A stretch of DNA of 64,000 bases from positions 19,096,001 to 19,160,000 of the forward strand of contig CM120645.1 in NCBI GenBank assembly GCA_051362555.1. Reading direction: 5' to 3'. Both the position numbers and the translations under genes were made by a program. The notes below the pieces were generated by a model that saw nothing but the letters and a program-made list of their open reading frames with translations, did not search any database and was not told the DNA's origin. Positions 38,080-52,204 of the stretch are shown piece by piece; positions within the stretch are counted from its first letter, which is position 1, and each line of letters starts with the position of its first letter. Source of the stretch: Lingula anatina. Taxonomy: Eukaryota > Animalia > Brachiopoda.

Positions 38080-38281
38080 GGGTGCTTTCCCAGAGATTTA
38101 GATCGACCTAACTCCCTGGGGGTTCACGCTAAATTGCAGGCAGCTGAGCGGGCACCATAGTTAATTACCCCCTTACAGCTCTTAGTAGGCGGGACAGATG
38201 CTTAAGCCGGCCAAGCTGACAGTAATCTAGTGAGACTCCCCACAGGGATAGATCGATCTAAAAATCTATGGAAATGGGGTG
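38080..38281 (-). mobile_element. PIF/Harbinger-type MITE, family A, reverse orientation
   Basis: TAA on both sides, the left one shared with the adjacent element; reverse complement of 37472-37698 with a short deletion. Confidence 0.85.
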
Positions 38282-38747
38282 TAAGCAGGCTGGTCCAGGA
38301 TATACAAAGCTTTAGCCTGTGGCTCACATGCTGACCACTGCCAGCTGCATGCCCTCCAGCTCTTCTCCCACCCTCTTTGTTATCAATCATAAACAATAGC
38401 CACAGTACCAGCACCAAAGACAGATAATCTCATTCTTATGTTGGATCATTACGTAAACACATTATGATGTGGGAGTCAAATAGATAAGGACGGAGTTACC
38501 AGTACTTAGGGAGTAATTTTCTCACTAGAATCGTAGAGTCAAGCACACAAATTAACAGACAGATGCTCTCTTACCATCATTATAATCTCTCTTTTAGTGA
38601 GATTACATTGTCTGCTGAATACATATGATTAATACTTGGATCTCCTTTAAAGTGAGTCTTTACTGTTTTACATATTGAAAAACCTTGCATAATAAACAAT
38701 GGGCGCCAGAAAGGGCTATAACAGCAGACATGGAGACTATTGGCTAT

Positions 38748-38778
<31 letters not shown>

Positions 38779-38936
38779 TTGGATGGCCTGGGCTTGAACC
38801 TTATTATTATGTAAAATCAATAGGATGACAATATTATCCCCTTGTTCAATTTTTATCATATATGAAGTGAAAACACAGGGACACTTAGTGAACCAAAAAA
38901 AGATTTTAAAAATTGGTATCTTTCATCTACAAGTTA

Positions 38937-39096
38937 CAGGCTCGTTGCCAGCCATTTCAAAGGGGAGGTTCTTTTTTTCTGAACAAGTGGTCTTTTTACA
39001 TGAAAGCTTTTTGTACCTGGATCAAATATTACCCAGAGTGGACCATTTTCCAGCGAAAAGGGCAGTTCATACAAACCGCCAATCACTACAGGTCTG
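38937..39096 (+). mobile_element. CAGG-ended MITE family C, diverged
   Basis: Internal homology (acccagagtggacc); flanks AGTTA/AGTTG. Confidence 0.7.
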
Positions 39097-40632
39097 AGTT
39101 GAGAAAACAAGAGATAGGTAGAAAAATTGTAGAAGATACCATAAATATTCATCTGTCATATTTTTTCTTGGCTAAATATGATTATTTTACTTCTTCTATC
39201 AAACTGAATATGAACAAGGTTATTTTAAAATCCAAATTCAAGGTTCACAGAAAAAAAAATTTTTTTCTTCTGAGTATAACATCAAAATCACATTTAAAGT
39301 GTTCCAAAAAGGACTGAATGCCCAATAAATACCATAATTACTGAGTATTCTGTACATATGAACAACTTTGATTATTTTTTTCCCAAAAATAATGACTGTT
39401 ATATATAATTCAAAACAATATCACCCAGAAGTTCTCAAAAACAAACTGGTTCATATCAGAATGTTTGTGTAAATAATTTGAAACAGAAAAAAAAAAATTA
39501 TTGGAAAAAAAAAAAAAAAAACTTTGTTTAAAACATGTGAAAAATTACCATAGTCAACAGACAAAGACTTCGCTTTATTCTGGTATTATAAAATGTATCA
39601 ATTTACACACCCACAAGGCAGACACTTTCCATTGTCCACTGTTTATCTAATTATCAATTTATTGAATTTACACAGGAACACTTGTGACAGGATGATAAAA
39701 TGATTGCTCAAGCTGAGAGCATGATTAAATAAAAGAACAAACGCGTGGAAGTGACAATAATAGCACTCGCTGGATTAAAGAATTGGAAGAGCTTCTCTTT
39801 CTGCAGGTATAATGTACATATGGCTGAAACAGGGATTAGGATATACTTTAACAAAAGACATTTCAGGTCAAAGTTGGCGTTTCTTTTTTTGATGCGCCGA
39901 AATGAGGCAAATTCTGTGATTGACAAAAATTACGTTGCACGAGTTACTGATCTCATCATCTAAGACATCCAAACTTTCACTAGTTTTATCAAAAATTTCC
40001 TCTCTGGGAAGGTGAGAAAAGCATTATTCTATATTATCATCCAAAGTTAGTACTCGATCTGTCCCTGATGCACTATATAACATGCTTCCAGACACTAATC
40101 CCTGAATGCTTGATTAAAAAAAAAAATTAATAAATAAATAAAAAAAAATAAAAAAATAAAAAAAATGAAGAGCTGTAGTCCTCATAATATTGCCATCGAG
40201 TCGGGATCCATCCAATTACGTAGTACATGAGCATACTGTCATGAGCAGAAGGCATAGAGGTTAGTATCTTTTCCGTGCTCATTAGGATTTTTTTTCTTTT
40301 CTGATCATTACATCACTTAATTGCCTTTTGTCACAAATTGCTGGCATTCATATGTGGAAAAAGAAAGAGCAGTTCACTGAATACCTCTACTGCACGTTAA
40401 AGGGTAACAACTGAAAAGGTGTGTGTGTAGGTATATGTGCACTTGTATGTGTTTGTGTATATGTATGTGTGAGCTTGCATGTGTTTGTTTGTGTGCATAT
40501 GCATATAATATGTGAGTAATCACTTACCCCCCCCCCCCCCCCTGAATTACTGTTCTGAAAATTTCACAAATTATTCAAAAATTTTCACAATATTCCATGT
40601 AACAATTTGAAATAATACAAGTGAGCCACATA

Positions 40633-40718
40633 CAGTATATCTATATGAATAAATATATATATGTAAAGTATACAGCAGTATATCTATATGAATAAATATA
40701 TATGTAAAGTATACAGCA
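40633..40718. repeat. About 43-bp tandem duplication
   Basis: cagtatatctatatgaataaatatata(ta)tgtaaagtatacag twice. Confidence 0.85.
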
Positions 40719-40748
40719 TTGAAAATATTTTCAGACCCACATTTTCCT

Positions 40749-40923
40749 TACCCTCTACCAGGGCGACTGATAGATTTTTACGGATATTCACAGATATGTC
40801 TCTAGCTAGATAGATTGTCATTTTAACTCTAAGTCAGACTTAGAGTTAAAATGACAATCTATCTAGCTAGAGACATATCTGTGAATATCTGTAAAAATCT
40901 ATCAGTCGCCCTGGTAGAGGGTA
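40749..40923. mobile_element. 175-bp palindromic foldback MITE, Mutator-like
   Basis: 87-bp arms, 1-nt spacer (40836), one mismatch; direct repeat CATTTTCCT at 40740-40748 and 40924-40932. Confidence 0.85.
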
Positions 40924-43510
40924 CATTTTCCTTATGACGTATAGTATGTATAACATATAATGTCACAGTGTATATTCACATTTGCTTTTGAACCCCTATA
41001 TTCTCACAGATAAAATGGCACACCGACTTTAAAAGAAACAAATAACTGTACGGTACCTTGTAAATAAAATATAATACCCTTAGGAAAATTAACATTTATA
41101 TGACTGAAATGAAAAACTCCACCAAAAAGTACAATATGGCTAAAAGAACACAGGTCAACAAGTACAGTGCATGTAACTTGTACTGTAATTATTGACAAAT
41201 TTCAAACATCTGAATGCCAACGTATTCTATTATGCTAAAATTCATTATTTTCACTTTGACACAAAAGGATACTATCTATCTATCTGACCCTGACATATTT
41301 TCAAAAAACCTCAAATCATCCTTTCTTGTATTTCTAACAAAATATTACTCTGGTCGAAAAAATTTGTTCATTGAATTTTGTTTGAATCAAGTGGGTAATT
41401 ATTGCAGTGTGGGCTGGCACATGTCGAGTACTAAAGTGGTTGAGTACAATGTCTTGGATCGCGAGATCTGTGTTAATTAAGTCAAGAGCTCAGTGTTTCA
41501 AAGTCTCCGTACGTCAAACTCACAGGTGTCTTTCTCAGGGAATATGCATATTACTTTAATAAATAAAATTTAATAAATAACAGTACTTATTTCATAAGGA
41601 TTTTAACATGGGATGAGCACGTGGACAAATGCCAGACGAGAATTTTAAAATACATGTTATCAATTTTTATTCTCAGAAAAACCAGCCGCGCAAGACACAT
41701 CAAATCTTAATGAGAAAATGTAATTCAGTGCATGTTTTGACAGATCGTAATTGAAAAATGGTTACATAGCACCTCATCTTTCTGAATTAAATAAAGGAAT
41801 AAAAAGATGAAAAATACACATTTTGGATGATTAAGATCACATCACAAACAACAGCATGCAAAACATGATATGTAAAACAACAAGAACAGTGTCAAGAATT
41901 GAGGACTCAAATTAAAGAGCGGTAAATTTATATGCATTAAGTCTCCACACCTGACAGTTAAGGTGCACCAAGCAGTATATATACCCCTTAAAATGCCACA
42001 CGAACATGTTTAAACACACCTCTGACATGACTTCAAGTAATACTTCAGAAATCTAGGTGATTAATTAAAACTTTCCTGTCAGATGCACACGTGAACCATC
42101 TTCTAAGTGAGTGATGGCTATGTTCCTTTTAGTGCATAATACTCATTTCAGTAAATAAATCTCAAATCTGCCATTTTCTCATAAAATCCATTTCACATTG
42201 AAGAACATGGAACTATAACTTTTTATCTATTTTGGGTGTGTTAAAAAAATGTCCAACCCTCTCCTTAACGCTCCTTTTCAAAGAAACAAATAACAGCATT
42301 CTTGCATACTGCATACTTATTCCCAAAATCCCATTTCCTTAATCTTTCTTATGGCCAAGGTGTGTGTGTTATTCACCGTGATCATGAGATCTACATGCAT
42401 GATAACAAGTGGTTGCAAGAACCACCAAAAAAAAAAAAAAAAGGAATTACAAAACTGGGTGAGTGGGGCAAGTGCACTAGGAATACTCTCAAATTTCCAT
42501 CCAGGCAAATATATTCATTGAATTACAGGAACTGACAGTGTTAAACAATTAATTACTGTGTAAAGGAAATCTATCAGAGGAGTTGGGCAAGTGCACTGGG
42601 GGAGGGATGGCACAGAATTTCCATTAAAAAAAAAAATGAGAAGAAAATAAAGAATCATAAATCAAGACAAACTAAGTGCAAGATGAAAAAAACTTTCATA
42701 GTAAAATTTAATGAGTATGGTTGGTGTATAATGAAAGATTTAAAAGTTATTGTTAAAATATACTCAGGTTTGTTATTATGGATGAAGGTACTAGTAGAAG
42801 ATGCCAGCAGGGAAGGGGGGTGGGGATAGGGGTGTGCAAGATCTGTTTGCTACAATATATTGTTCATGCAGTAGTTATGATATGTGTTTCAATTGTATAC
42901 TGTGGAAGATTAAATTTTAGGAGTGGGAGACAAAATGTCAAGTTATATTGTCTCAGATTTCTGTCAATAACTAACAATTCTACACAGTGAACACAGATCT
43001 ACCATTAAGTTACTTGATTATAACTACTACAACTTTATCACCTAAAAATGCTCCATATCTTCTTTTATTTGTCTACCAAGCTAAAAGGTCATTTACCTCT
43101 AAATTCTATTAAATATTTCTAGTGCAATTTCGAAAGAGAGAAACCTTTTACATATTTCATTTAATGAGGTAAACTAATTAAAGAATAAAGTTACACAGTG
43201 CCTCTATAATTTCATCAGTGGATCAAAAAGAGGTATATGTGGGAGCAATTTTTTTCCCTTCAGGTTAACAAGAAGTTTTCTTTTCATCCTTTTGATCTTT
43301 TTTCCCAAATAAATGATGAACATATTCAGGAAGAAAAGAGTTTCAGGATTTCATGGCAAGCTCTCTTCCCAGAAAAGAAAATTAGAGGCAGAAGTGAAAG
43401 AACAGAATGCTGTGTTCAGCAGATGTTCAAAAGAAAATTTATTTCACAATCAAAGAGAGAGAAAACGGGAGAATTAACAGATGTTGAAAGATAAGTGATT
43501 TCCTTTTAAT

Positions 43511-43512
<2 letters not shown>

Positions 43513-43564
<52 letters not shown>
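43513..43564. repeat. (GA)n microsatellite
   Basis: Directly visible. Confidence 0.95.
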
Positions 43565-43567
<3 letters not shown>

Positions 43568-46025
43568 TTAACATTGGTATTTCACTTTTTGGTCACCAAA
43601 AGTTGCACTTGTTACTTTGTTAAAGTTGAACTTTTCCCTCCTCAAACAAATGAATAAAACATGGAACTGAGGGAAAAGACAAACAATAGGAAATATGCAA
43701 ACAAAACATGTGTTACACGTAAAAACATATCTTTTTCCCACGGCAATGGAGGCAAAATAGCATAAGGATGCAGGTACATTTTTTACAAGATCTGAAAAGA
43801 AAGATAGGCCACAAATCAAAACCAAACTCAGCAGAATTTGTAGGAGAATAATGGAATGTTGTACTACATATAGCAGAGACAACAGGCCTGTGGGCAGGGG
43901 TGTTCTGGGGGGGGGGGGAGGAAGATGTGTGTGAAAGAACTGCCCTTTTGGTTGCAAAAGGTCTATTTGGTTCTATGCCACTTCAGGAAGCAAACACTCA
44001 TTTGGATTGTGAAATTTAGAGTAGGAGATGGATGAATACATGGGGGGGGGGGGGGGGGGTCCTGAAAACATGCACTACAACAAAACTGCTGAAATAATTA
44101 AGTGTTTCTTCAATTTATTAATTATCAATTACTGTTAAACAACCACTTAAAAAACTATTTATGATAATTTAAATCTGAGTTTATAATTATTACTTTTTAA
44201 AATTAAGAACCCCACCTTGTTAAACAGTTTAACTTCTCTTGAGTGAATAAGCAGTTTGAAGCTCCATTCTTTCAAATTTATTTTAGAGGCCAAGTTATTT
44301 GCCCTTTTACAATTTTCAATACCTGCATGATAAGTTTTTTTTTCTTAAGTAATGGGTGTGTTACATTTGCACATGTAATCTGAGAAGGTAATAACACACC
44401 TCAACTCCTCTTCAAAAACCAACTATAACAACAACAAGAAAGAAACCAACTAAAAATAAAATGTTTGCTGTATGTATTAATTTGGGCTACTTAAATAAAA
44501 TATTACTTAATTGTGGTTATATTAACAAGCTCTCCCTGCACCTTCCTCTTTTGTCCTAGCCATTTAAATTTTTTATTAATAAAAAAAAGTTAAAAAAAGG
44601 TGGCACAGGTCTTAGTGTCTGGCATTTGGCCAAAATTTACACGAAGAGCACTTATTCATTCTTTTAATATAATCATTCATTCAATCATACAGTATGTGAA
44701 AAAAAAAATGTACAGACCAGCAAACAAAACCAGTTCATTATTTCCACATGGGTGTCACATGTTTTGCACGACTGATCAGGACAAATACATGTGATGATTC
44801 CTAGGCACGCCACATTATATAACCTTTAAAATGACACTAGCACTCCTTTCTTTATAACACACGAAGACAGCCTAAAAAAAAAAAAAAAAAAAAAAACATG
44901 CATGCCAAACAATGCAGAATACACACCCCTGTACAATTGTGTGCTACTACATCAGAGCATGTATACCTGTTTTAGACCTCCAAAATATGTTTGACAGTAC
45001 TCAGTCTGGTTTGACCAGTCTTGGTTGTGGCAGATTCATTGGTGAAGTAGAAAGGGTACAAAGGGGAGATAGAGAGAGAAGGGAGACAGGGGGAACAGAC
45101 ACATTGTCTACAAATTCTAAGTGCCTTTTTTAAGTGAAAAATTGCATGCTTTTTTTTAAACATTATTTCAAGTGTATACAGACCTGCAAACAAATTGTTG
45201 TATTTTCATTCAAAATACAGTTCCAAATGCAGAGAAACATAAATGTTTTTTATATACAAACAATGATATAGGAACAGTGCATCCACTCTGAACTGAGGAA
45301 AATTAATATACCCATATTATATCTAATCATATCTAATAAACTGAATTTCAATGACAATAATTAGAGTTACATAACTGAAATAGTGAAATGGTAAATTACT
45401 GCTTTCTTACTACTTCCTGAACAAATAATAATTATACAAGCATATATTATAAACTCTTATATTTAAAGAACTGAGGAAATGAACAGAGCTGCCATTAGCA
45501 TCAAATGTCATTGCTCCGGATCCGGATCCAGTATCATGGTTATTATGTAACACCCTTACCAACCTTGAAATCGGTCATTAAACCATGAGAATTATTTGTG
45601 CATTTGACAGCAGTGTAGACTGCCTGCAATCTTGTCTTTCTTATCATTTATTCATTTTGGTATTGTCTATTGGTAAATCAAAATGTCTAGAAATTACATA
45701 TATGTGCATGTGAGGATATATAAGCATTAAACCATTTTCCAGCTCAAGGTATCTAGCACGTGGCCTTTTGATGCAATCAGCGAGACCTTGAATTACATAT
45801 GCGATCAATGTATGCTGGCTCCCATATAACAAATCTCAAAGAAATAGAGCTATATCCCAATCTAACTATTAACCTTCAAAAAAGAAGTAAAAACAAAAGA
45901 AGGTAACAGATACACTACGACAGGGAAAATGAGTATCAGCTATGTACCATAACACAACAGGCCAGTTGGAGTACATGGAGGAAAGGCAATGACAGTAACT
46001 AAATAGCAAGAAAACAGTTATTAAG

Positions 46026-46148
46026 CAGGCCCGTAGCCAGCAATTTCAAAGGGGGGGGGGGGGTCTTTTTCTGAAAAAAGTGGACCTTTTACCGAAAAAT
46101 CCCCATGTACTTATGTCAAATTTTACCCAGAGTGGACCTTTTTTCAGC
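46026..46148 (+). mobile_element. Left part of a family C MITE split by the HINE-like insertion (remainder resumes at about 48261)
   Basis: CAGGCCCGTAGCCAG start; the sequence continues as ggggggttctttc after the insertion. Confidence 0.75.
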
Positions 46149-48260
46149 AACAAGGCAGCAAAGCTGTCAAATGTACAGACAAAAAGCAGACAATAACAAT
46201 GCACAAAACAGGCTACTGTCAATTCTGATGCAAAAGTACATTATGCATAACTGCAAATTCAACATCAAATTTTACTTATGCTCAACAGGTAATACCAATG
46301 TAAGTGAAATGTGTAACAAGCGTAAGGATTCAGGCCCATGGGAGTTTAAGTTCACACTTTGAAAATGCCAGAATGAGAAAAATGAAAATTTCACATAAAA
46401 CTGCTTAAATTCAATAATAAATGATAACCCATTTGAGCTGGCTTTCTAATTTGAACTGCATGCCAATCCTACAAATCGTACTTGTAAGTTGAAAATAATA
46501 ATAAGTAACATAGTTTTCTTTTCATAATGTTTGTAGTAGCAGTGCAAAAAGATTTTTGTCAATTTTGATGTAACATTACATAATAAATTACAGAATAATT
46601 ATCACCAATTTTTGATTATTGACTACAAATAGCATGGACATGTAGAAAATTTGATTACCATTTGGCTTCATGTCCATGGGAGCTTCGAGTCCCACAATGA
46701 ATATGCCAACATGATAAAAATGAATATTTCACTAAAATGTATAACTTCCAGAAAAAGAAGCCAATTAGACTGCTTTTCCAACTCAGGCTGCATTTTAGTC
46801 CTTTGTTTCTTTATTTGAAAGTTTGACACTCATAAGTAACATGGTTTTCCCATAATGGTCATCATGGCAGCAGCACCCAAAATTGTGTTTTCTTCTATTT
46901 TAATGCAATATTACATAATGCTTAACAGCATAATGACCATCAGTTTTTAATAATAAAAGATCCGTATCGTGGATTTTCAGAAAATGTGACTAGCATGGGT
47001 CTTCAAGCCCGTGGAGGTTCTAAGTCACACCTTGAAAACGCCAATATGTGAAAAATTAAATTTTCACAAAAAGCTGATTAACTGCCAAAAAAAATTACCA
47101 AATAGTCTGCATTGCCCACTGAAGCTTTATTTAAGTCCCATGTTTCTTCTTGTAAGTTTGAGAACAGTAAGTGACATGGTTTTCCTTAAATGGTCATCAT
47201 GGGAGCAGTGTCCAAATAGGGGTGTCTTCAAATTTTGATGCACTATTACATAATGTTTAACAGGATAATTACCATCAATTTTTAATAATACAAGACAGCA
47301 CTGTTCTGAAATGTTTTTTTTTTTTTTCATTTTTAACACTTTTTTAACATAAAACAAAATTAACAGTTTACTGCCATTTTTATGTGATCAACTAAGAAAA
47401 TTGATGAGATGTGAAAAATATCAATAGAACAGTGTCAAATGTCCAATTTCCTCCATTCTGAGTTTCTGAACATAGTGAATGATTGAATCTTACAAACTGC
47501 AATGATATGAGTTTATTTCCATTTTTGACACCTTATTACACAATACACGATTACAAGTTTACCATCATTTTTACGTAATCAACTAACAATGTTGTAAAGA
47601 TGCAGGAAATGTCAAACAAACACTTTTACGTATCTTATTAATTAAATAATGAGACTGTTAACATGCCTAAGAATTGAATCTGAGAAAATGTGAAAAAACA
47701 GCATAACTTATAAAATAATGGTCCGATTATGCTGATTTTCGAACTTGACCTGCGTTTTAGTAAGATTGATTACTCCTGTGAGTTTCATGACAACAGGCCT
47801 ATGGGTTTTCCTTGAAATGTGTTAACAGTGTTGCATATATGCTGAAAAGTGAAAAAACAGCATAACTACTAAAATAGTGGCCCGATCATGCCGATTATCG
47901 AACTTGATCTGCGTTTTAGTAAGATTGATTACTCCTGTGAGTTTCATGACAACAGGCCTATCACTTTTCCTTGAAATGTGTTAACAGTGTTGCATATATG
48001 CTGAAAAGTGAAAAAACAGCATAAATTCTACAATAATGGCCCGATCATGCTGATTTTCGAACTTGACCTGTGTTTTATGAATATTCATCAGCTCTGTAAA
48101 TATAAAGCCAAAAAGTAAAACTGTCTTCCACTTATGGTGTTAACGCTGAAAGTGCACGGCGACGGCGACGGCGACATGATCGGCGACGGCGACGGCGACG
48201 GCGACGACAGACGCAGGTGATGGCAATATGTACAGACACATCTGTGTCTGTACATAAAAA
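46149..48260 (+). mobile_element. Non-autonomous Helentron/HINE-like element, copy 2, nested in a CAGG-ended MITE
   Basis: Same termini and hairpin as copy 1. Inserted in the A-run of cagcaa|aagggg of the host MITE with no obvious TSD. Confidence 0.8.
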
Positions 48261-50981
48261 GGGGGGTTCTTTCTTTCTTCCTACTAACCCCCCTCCCCCC
48301 GCAATCATGATATCAGGCAGCTCTGCCCTTGAGTATACAAGGCCTTGGGTTGAGTCACCAAATCAACCTTGAAATGAGAAGACTAACTAACATGCTATGT
48401 TACAGAGTACAAATATAGTTTCCTAAGGAATGCGACACAACAATAACTTGCAGCGAATTCATGGGCGAAGGTCGCACGGACATGTAGTATGTATGCACCA
48501 AAAAGACAATTGGCGAGAAAATAAAGAGTATCTAAATCCCAGACTGTCAGCTTGATGGCAAATTAAATCCATTCTGTTTTTAGGTGACCTTGTATGGGCT
48601 GTACTAGTCATTATCTTAAAATAAAAGAAGATTCACATTTCTGTTAGCCAATAAGTCCTGTTAATACTGACAGTCAAATTGTATCTGATCCAGGCTGTTT
48701 TCTTCTTTTTTTTCTAAGTACTTTATTCAACCATGGTGTAAAAAGAACATTTTGTTATCCAATAACTTTGGGGGAGGGGGGGGGGTAATTAACTTCACAC
48801 TATATTTATATGTAAGCCATTAAAATTATCATATACTTATTCTAACTTTGTATTAATTATGAATCACAATCAAGAAATAAGCTGATAATTAAGAAAGTTA
48901 ACTGAAGGTATATTTTAATAGGTGGTATATTTTAATCATACAACAACAACAACAAAAAAAAAAAAAAAAAAAGAAAAAAAATTAAAAAGTCAACATGGAT
49001 ATGGCAATGGAGAACCTGTGTAGAAGTTACTCTCAATCTTCAAACTGGTAATATCACATTTCGTCACCAGGTGGCATCAGCTTGTGGCGTTAAACTCGAA
49101 TTTAATATTTCAGTGAGTCTGAAATGTAAGAAATGTCTCCACAATGCATGGGATATATAATAGGTTACATGATCTGAACAGATAATCAGTGTCACCAAAT
49201 AAACTTTTCTGACAATAGCAGACAAAGGAAGACAAATGTATTTCAGGACATGGAAAAAATGGGAGGCAAGCTTATTATGAAAGACACGTTTCCTCGTATG
49301 TTAACAAAATCAGTTCTTAGAGTGACAAATTCACTTCAACTCAATTCATTTTCTATCAAAGTTAATATATTTCTTTATTATGACTTTTCATGTTGACCTT
49401 CCTGACACAAATAAGTCCTTGGTAAAGATTCCGAAAACCATGCTTGCTTTCAGCGTTTTTTTTTTTTTTCATAGACATCCATCACTCCGAGCCCAACAGA
49501 AAAGCAGCAACCACGCGTGTGATAAAAATACAACCCTTGTAAGGATTGGATGTCTTGATTAACCCACCTCCTCCCATCCTTGTACAACTAACATTTTTAA
49601 CCACAGGTATGTCTGGTACTTTTTCCTTTGTCCAAACTAGTCTATACTGGATAGTAATCAATAAATTTCCTCTTTACACGTTTCTTACATGCATGTACAG
49701 ACCCACGCAAACACTGCCGCGCCTACACATATATCAGTTGCTATAGCCATATACAATTATAAAACTGCTTTGTTAAATGATGGTTATCCTAAATTCTACC
49801 TTGTCCATGTAAACACAAACACTTTATGATTGTTATCACCAATTCCATTTGACAGTGTTGACACACTCTGTAAGAAATCTTGACACATCGTCGTGCACAT
49901 GGCTATTCATGCATTGCTGCACCCAAAAACACTTACATAAAAGTATACTACTTGGTTTGGTAAGCGAACTTCTTTTACACACACATTGTTATCGTGCCTG
50001 TGCTGGTTTTTACACACACTTGCATGCACGTGTGCACTAATATGCCCACACCCAAACGTGTTCCATCATAATTGCCTATGCATGCTGGTTTACAATTTTA
50101 TAAAACACCTAACCAAAAGTTAATAATGTGTTTATACAGTACAGCATAGCACAGCAAACAGGCTCAATTAATGATAAAACTGTCAGAATGCTGTGAGAAA
50201 AAAAAAGTCAAATCCTATAACACAAGCACTAAAAAAGGCTCTAAAATTGGACCACGGTCACCACTATACACAGGTAGGGATTGATCAATTTTACACAAAC
50301 AAAGTACTTCAAAGTAAATAGCATTCTGTAACTTGGCAGATTTTGGAACTGACATATAGTTCTCAGCCCAGAAAAGGAGTTGAGGCTGGGAGATAAAGTC
50401 ATCTGATCTTACACCTCTTATACTCCTGGTTTACGATCAACCCAATCTCTGAAAGCACTTCCTACCACAAGTATGCCCGTAATCTCGTAATCCTAGTTTT
50501 TTCTGTCTACGAGGCAATGGCATATACCTCCACCCCCGATCTGTCGGCCAAACCTACATAAATGGAAGTAGCCATGCACGCAGCAGGTATGAGAAAGATA
50601 TTTTAAGTAATGAGAAAGATATTTTAGGTAAATAAATGTTATAAATATAAGCACTTTTAGAACTGGACACCAAGCATGCGGTTGTGTAATCAACTTTGCA
50701 ACTGTTAATAATCTTCTTTTGTTACCACAGTATAATGTACCAAAGCACACTTAATATGATATCTGATATGTCTAAAAAAATGGTATAAAGGTCTATTTTC
50801 ATTTAATAGTAACAATAAAACTGACGACTGAAATAGACTTATTCTGGCTCAAAGTTGCCATTTCACTAAAATATTTGGTCTTAATAAGTTCAGACCAATG
50901 TATTACCAATGAAAGTTTGTGAAATGGACCCAGGTTGAAAATGACAAAAGTTTTGATGTTTAAGTTAAAACCAACTTTTGA

Positions 50982-50983
<2 letters not shown>

Positions 50984-51035
<52 letters not shown>
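50984..51035. repeat. (TAT)n microsatellite
   Basis: Directly visible. Confidence 0.95.
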
Positions 51036-51036
<1 letters not shown>

Positions 51037-51380
51037 TTATTTTAACACATGCAAAACACACCTTATTTGACTAGCTATTAAAAAAAAACACCAACACAGC
51101 AGGAGACATTCTATGTCTCACAGGAGATGAACTTGATAACTAGTGGAAACCATAAAAAATGTGAGAACTGTTCATGACACAAACGTAATCACTTGGATTA
51201 ATTGTTAACAACTGGAGACAATTAAATTGGTCCTGAACTATCTGCGCAAATGATCCTTTCTATTTAAAAAAAAAATTTACTGTGTTAAAAACAGCATTCA
51301 GTAACAAATATATCATATCTCAAATGGGCATAAAATCATGAAAACATTCCCAAAATTATATCACAATATTGAAAATTGAA

Positions 51381-51417
<37 letters not shown>

Positions 51418-52160
51418 TGTGTGTGCACGCATGTGTTACATGAATGTAAACTGCAGTACAGTTATTAATCTACCATCACGATCAAGGTAATCTACCATCA
51501 TATCTGTACTCTTCGTTGTCTGCAAATACCAGAAAAAAAATGAAGTGTTTTTGATTGGCATCATCTTTTCAAAAATTCCATTTTGGAAATGAAATATCAA
51601 TATATATCTTTGCATTATTTACAAAATAATCAAAGGCAATACACCGCATCACACATACACACCGTCTCCAAAACTACCACAAAGACAGTGCAAACTGGGG
51701 CATGACTGAAAACTAGTACATAGTGCCTACATTATCCTTTAAAATCCCATTTTGTATGAATACACCTTGTAATCATTAAAATAATTTTGAAGTGTAATAT
51801 GTAACGTAAACTCGTCTGTATCTCTTTCAAACTCAGCAGCCCATTTTATGGATGTCAGAGGCACAATGAGTACAATATTCTCTCACCCAGACAAAACAAA
51901 TAACATTATCTAAATAAAACACACATAACAAAACTAAAAAAGGAAATGACAGACACAATGGCACATCTACATAGTGTATATTATATCTTTATTGCCATTT
52001 ATTTTCATGAATAGTCACATTTTAGACAAACAAATTAGACTAAATGTTTTCATGTATTTCGGTGGTCAATCCAGGCTTAGGCTCATGACCAAGTGATTAA
52101 ATGACATGTCATGAAGATGATGGACATGAATGACATGCATGGACATACAAATGTACACAC

Positions 52161-52164
<4 letters not shown>

Positions 52165-52202
<38 letters not shown>
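52165..52202. repeat. (CA)n microsatellite
   Basis: Directly visible. Confidence 0.95.
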
Positions 52203-52204
<2 letters not shown>

